Origin: Daphnia carinata
Lineage: Eukaryota
Reading direction: 5' to 3'
Length of the DNA: 64,000 bases
Assembly: GCF_022539665.2 (NCBI RefSeq)
Contig: NC_081332.1
Location: forward strand, 1,674,001 to 1,738,000
The notes beneath the pieces are model-generated. The model saw only the letters and a program-made list of their open reading frames with translations, did no database searches and was not told the origin of the DNA. The position numbers were made by a program, and so were the translations under genes. Positions 61,400 through 64,000 of this stretch are shown here, in pieces. Every line of letters starts with the position of its first letter. Position 1 is the first letter of the stretch.

Positions 61400-61860
61400 T
61401 TTCATCGAATTCCGAGTGATGTCGTTTTTTTCAGATTTTGGCAAAAGTTAGAAGGCTATAGCCTTATAGAGAATCACGAAAATCAAGTTTTTTTTTTTAT
61501 ATTGAGCTTATAGTTTTTGAAATAAATGGGGAAAATGACAGGACACATTTTTGCGGCGCTGCCTCTTTTTTTATGTTTATTTCACAAAGAATTAGTTTGA
61601 CATAAATATAAATGCATTTTTCGAAGTCAGCGTGAAATTTTGCACTATAATAGCGGATTTTGATCGAATTCCGGAAGATTTCCATTTTTGCCGATTTTGA
61701 CAAAAATAAGAAGGCTATAGCCTTCTCACTTTTTCATTTTTGGCAAAATTTGAAATTTGGCTTAAAATGTATGATTTCGATGTAGAATTGAATGCTAATC
61801 ACGAAAATCAAGTTGATTTTTCGATTAGCTTTTTAGTTTTGGAAATAAACCAAGAAAATG
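61400..61860. repeat. Internally duplicated AT-rich repeat (~260-bp period), probable transposon remnant
   Basis: atcgaattccg...gattttg.caaaa.t.agaaggctatagcctt occurs twice (~61405, ~61663); aatcacgaaaatcaagtt also occurs twice. Confidence 0.6.
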
Positions 61861-62808
61861 ACCGTGGGAAAATTGCCTCAAAAACCTGCAAAAACTGACA
61901 CTCGCTGGAATTGGTTAAAAATCACAGAATATATTCAAAATTGAATGTTGATTAAGGGAAAAATGTTATTTCTTTCACCTAGCCAATTTTTTTTGAAATA
62001 CAGGGAATATTATCCAATGCTAGCGCGCCAGTACGTTCCAGCGCTGGAGTACAAATTTTATTGAAAACTGCATAACTAACGGGGAAACTGATATTTATTC
62101 GGGGCCCACCGATCAAATCAGATTATAACAAGATGAGTTTCATTGAATTCCAAGCCAAAAATTTGAAGTCCAACTTTTTCGCAACACATAAATAAGCCCA
62201 CAGGAAATTCCCAGGTGGAAATTCCCCGTGATTGTTACTAACCTCAAAAAGAAGCTGGCAAGAAAACAAAGATGGAAAGTTTTCAAACGAGTTGCAGATC
62301 CTCTTAAAATAATCGTGACATACTCTGGCTTGAGGCCAAGCCTAGCTCTATCGGGACGGACATATAAGGCATTGGCTTGTGAAGTGAAATCAAATGTGGG
62401 ATGCGGGGAATTCCGAAACCTCCTCCTCAACGTGTACACACGGTTGATTTTACTTGTATTTTAACCTACGAACATTAACTTCCTCGTAATGCACATGAAT
62501 AGACCATTGATTCTGGTATAGTATCACAAAAATAAAACATTATAAAACTGAAATGAGGACGTATCTGATTAAATCATGAAATAATGCAGAGAGTTTGAAT
62601 TAAGGAACAAACGATTGAATTATTTAATCTAAAATGCTGTTAGTAATTAAGTCACCTTAACTAGTCCTTTCTATCGGTGTTAATGCAAATATTTATTCAA
62701 AATTCAGATAGATCTCAGTGCATTCTAACGATACATTCAAGCCAATGTTAAACTATTCTTTATACCCAAAATCATTGAGTTTCAAAAATTCATTTTCTAT
62801 TAGGAGTT

Positions 62809-63969
62809 TCATTGCAGCTCTTCGGCAGCACGGCTTCGCATCAGACTAATCTGCACTTGATCATTAAACTGATCCATCTTGTGGCCGTACTCCCGCATTT
62901 GCCTGCGGAACATTTCCATGTTTTCTATATTGACCAGGCAATCGGCCAACTCACGCTTCATATCCTCCAGAGAATGTTCCAGCAGCTGGCGGCTCTGAAA
63001 CACTTCGGGAGCGGACTTGCGACCGCGGCCGTTCATGCCTCCCAACATGGTGAAAAATTTGTAATAATTCTCCTGACTCATATCCCAAAATCGTTCGTCG
63101 AACGAGAAATCTTCGTCTTCCGGCTGCGTGTTATCCGCGTAGAGGACGGAGCTGTTGAATTTGCTGTACGTGATGCCGGCCGATGGAGACGTCACTGGAA
63201 AATTGGCAGCAGCGCAAGCATCGACGACTGCCGGTTGCGAATTATCAGCGAAGGTCACCAACAGCCGGATGTTCTCCTTAATGTCCTTGCCAAATATCGA
63301 GAACATCGAATCGATAGCGTATCGTTGAGTGGCTGTTAATCGACTGTCTCCGGAAGCGGCCACGAAACAAGCCGCGTGAATTTGATCGATTCGCGTCTTG
63401 TGTTGCGTCAGGAAATGCTGGATGTTGCGCGTGATTTGCTTATCCCGCTTAACACCTTTCGTGTCGCCGTATCCGGGTGTGTCGATGATCGTGATCGAAA
63501 AGGGAACAGTCATGCCGTCTTGATGACGCAACGTGTACGCCGTGACGGTGTTGGTTCGTGCGTGATTCGTTATGATCGACATGTCATCGCGGACGCATTT
63601 GAAGCGGAACGGATCCTTCCAGCGGACGCCCAAGATGTAGTTGACCATGCCGTTAATGAGGGTGCTCTTTCCGCATCCGGTAGCACCCATCAAAATGATG
63701 ACTTTGTGATCACGATGATCTTCCGACGGGGAAACGACATCCGTACGGCCGATATTAAACCAGCGGAAGTCGTCGTTGGATACGATCTCTTTAGCGGATA
63801 ACAGGTAGACGTTGGGTGCGCCTTTTTGATTGGCGCAAAGGCTCGATTTCTGAGCTAAGATCTCAGCGAGACGTTTAGGTTTTTTATCGATGAGTTCGTC
63901 TTTGTTAGATGAGACTTCAATCGTCTGCGTGATGGTTGCGATATCGACGTAAGGAACGGTGTTTGAATC
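62809..63969 (-). CDS. Septin/AIG1-like P-loop GTPase, last exon (5' part outside the window)
   Basis: VIILMGATGCGKSTLIN (G1), IIDTPGYGDT (G3), LVTFAD; the frame is open back to a splice acceptor at 63970-63971. Confidence 0.85.
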   Translation of the reverse strand, partial: DSNTVPYVDIATITQTIEVSSNKDELIDKKPKRLAEILAQKSSLCANQKGAPNVYLLSAKEIVSNDDFRWFNIGRTDVVSPSEDHRDHKVIILMGATGCGKSTLINGMVNYILGVRWKDPFRFKCVRDDMSIITNHARTNTVTAYTLRHQDGMTVPFSITIIDTPGYGDTKGVKRDKQITRNIQHFLTQHKTRIDQIHAACFVAASGDSRLTATQRYAIDSMFSIFGKDIKENIRLLVTFADNSQPAVVDACAAANFPVTSPSAGITYSKFNSSVLYADNTQPEDEDFSFDERFWDMSQENYYKFFTMLGGMNGRGRKSAPEVFQSRQLLEHSLEDMKRELADCLVNIENMEMFRRQMREYGHKMDQFNDQVQISLMRSRAAEELQ

Positions 63970-64000
63970 CTGATTTTAAATCGTACCGAGTTAATCGGAT

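Overview
Eukaryotic, AT-rich arthropod DNA with short (~60-80 nt) introns; the gene families point to a branchiopod crustacean such as Daphnia (inference). Bases 1-21,000 hold a tandem array of seven intact three-exon Rebers-Riddiford (pro-resilin-like) cuticular protein genes on the minus strand. They are interleaved with 21 plus-strand tRNA loci of only two types: 13 tRNA-Arg(CCT) and 8 intron-containing tRNA-Ile(TAT), some decayed. Next come a non-catalytic, apparently disrupted serine protease homolog, a CLCA-like gene, a CYP4-clan P450 and an ionotropic receptor relic lacking its pore. A nested transposon island at 33.3-39.8 kb contains long inverted arms, a TA-flanked MITE, a hairpin-rich TTAA-flanked MITE and a GC-rich minisatellite. 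The rest carries an SLC22 transporter, a tRNA-derived SINE-like element, an intron-containing cytosolic Hsp70, a degenerate 2OG-Fe(II) oxygenase-like gene, an intronless ionotropic receptor, an NRF-6-type acyltransferase, a small two-exon secreted orphan protein and a partial septin/AIG1-like GTPase. Exon boundaries were read by eye and no database searches were run.
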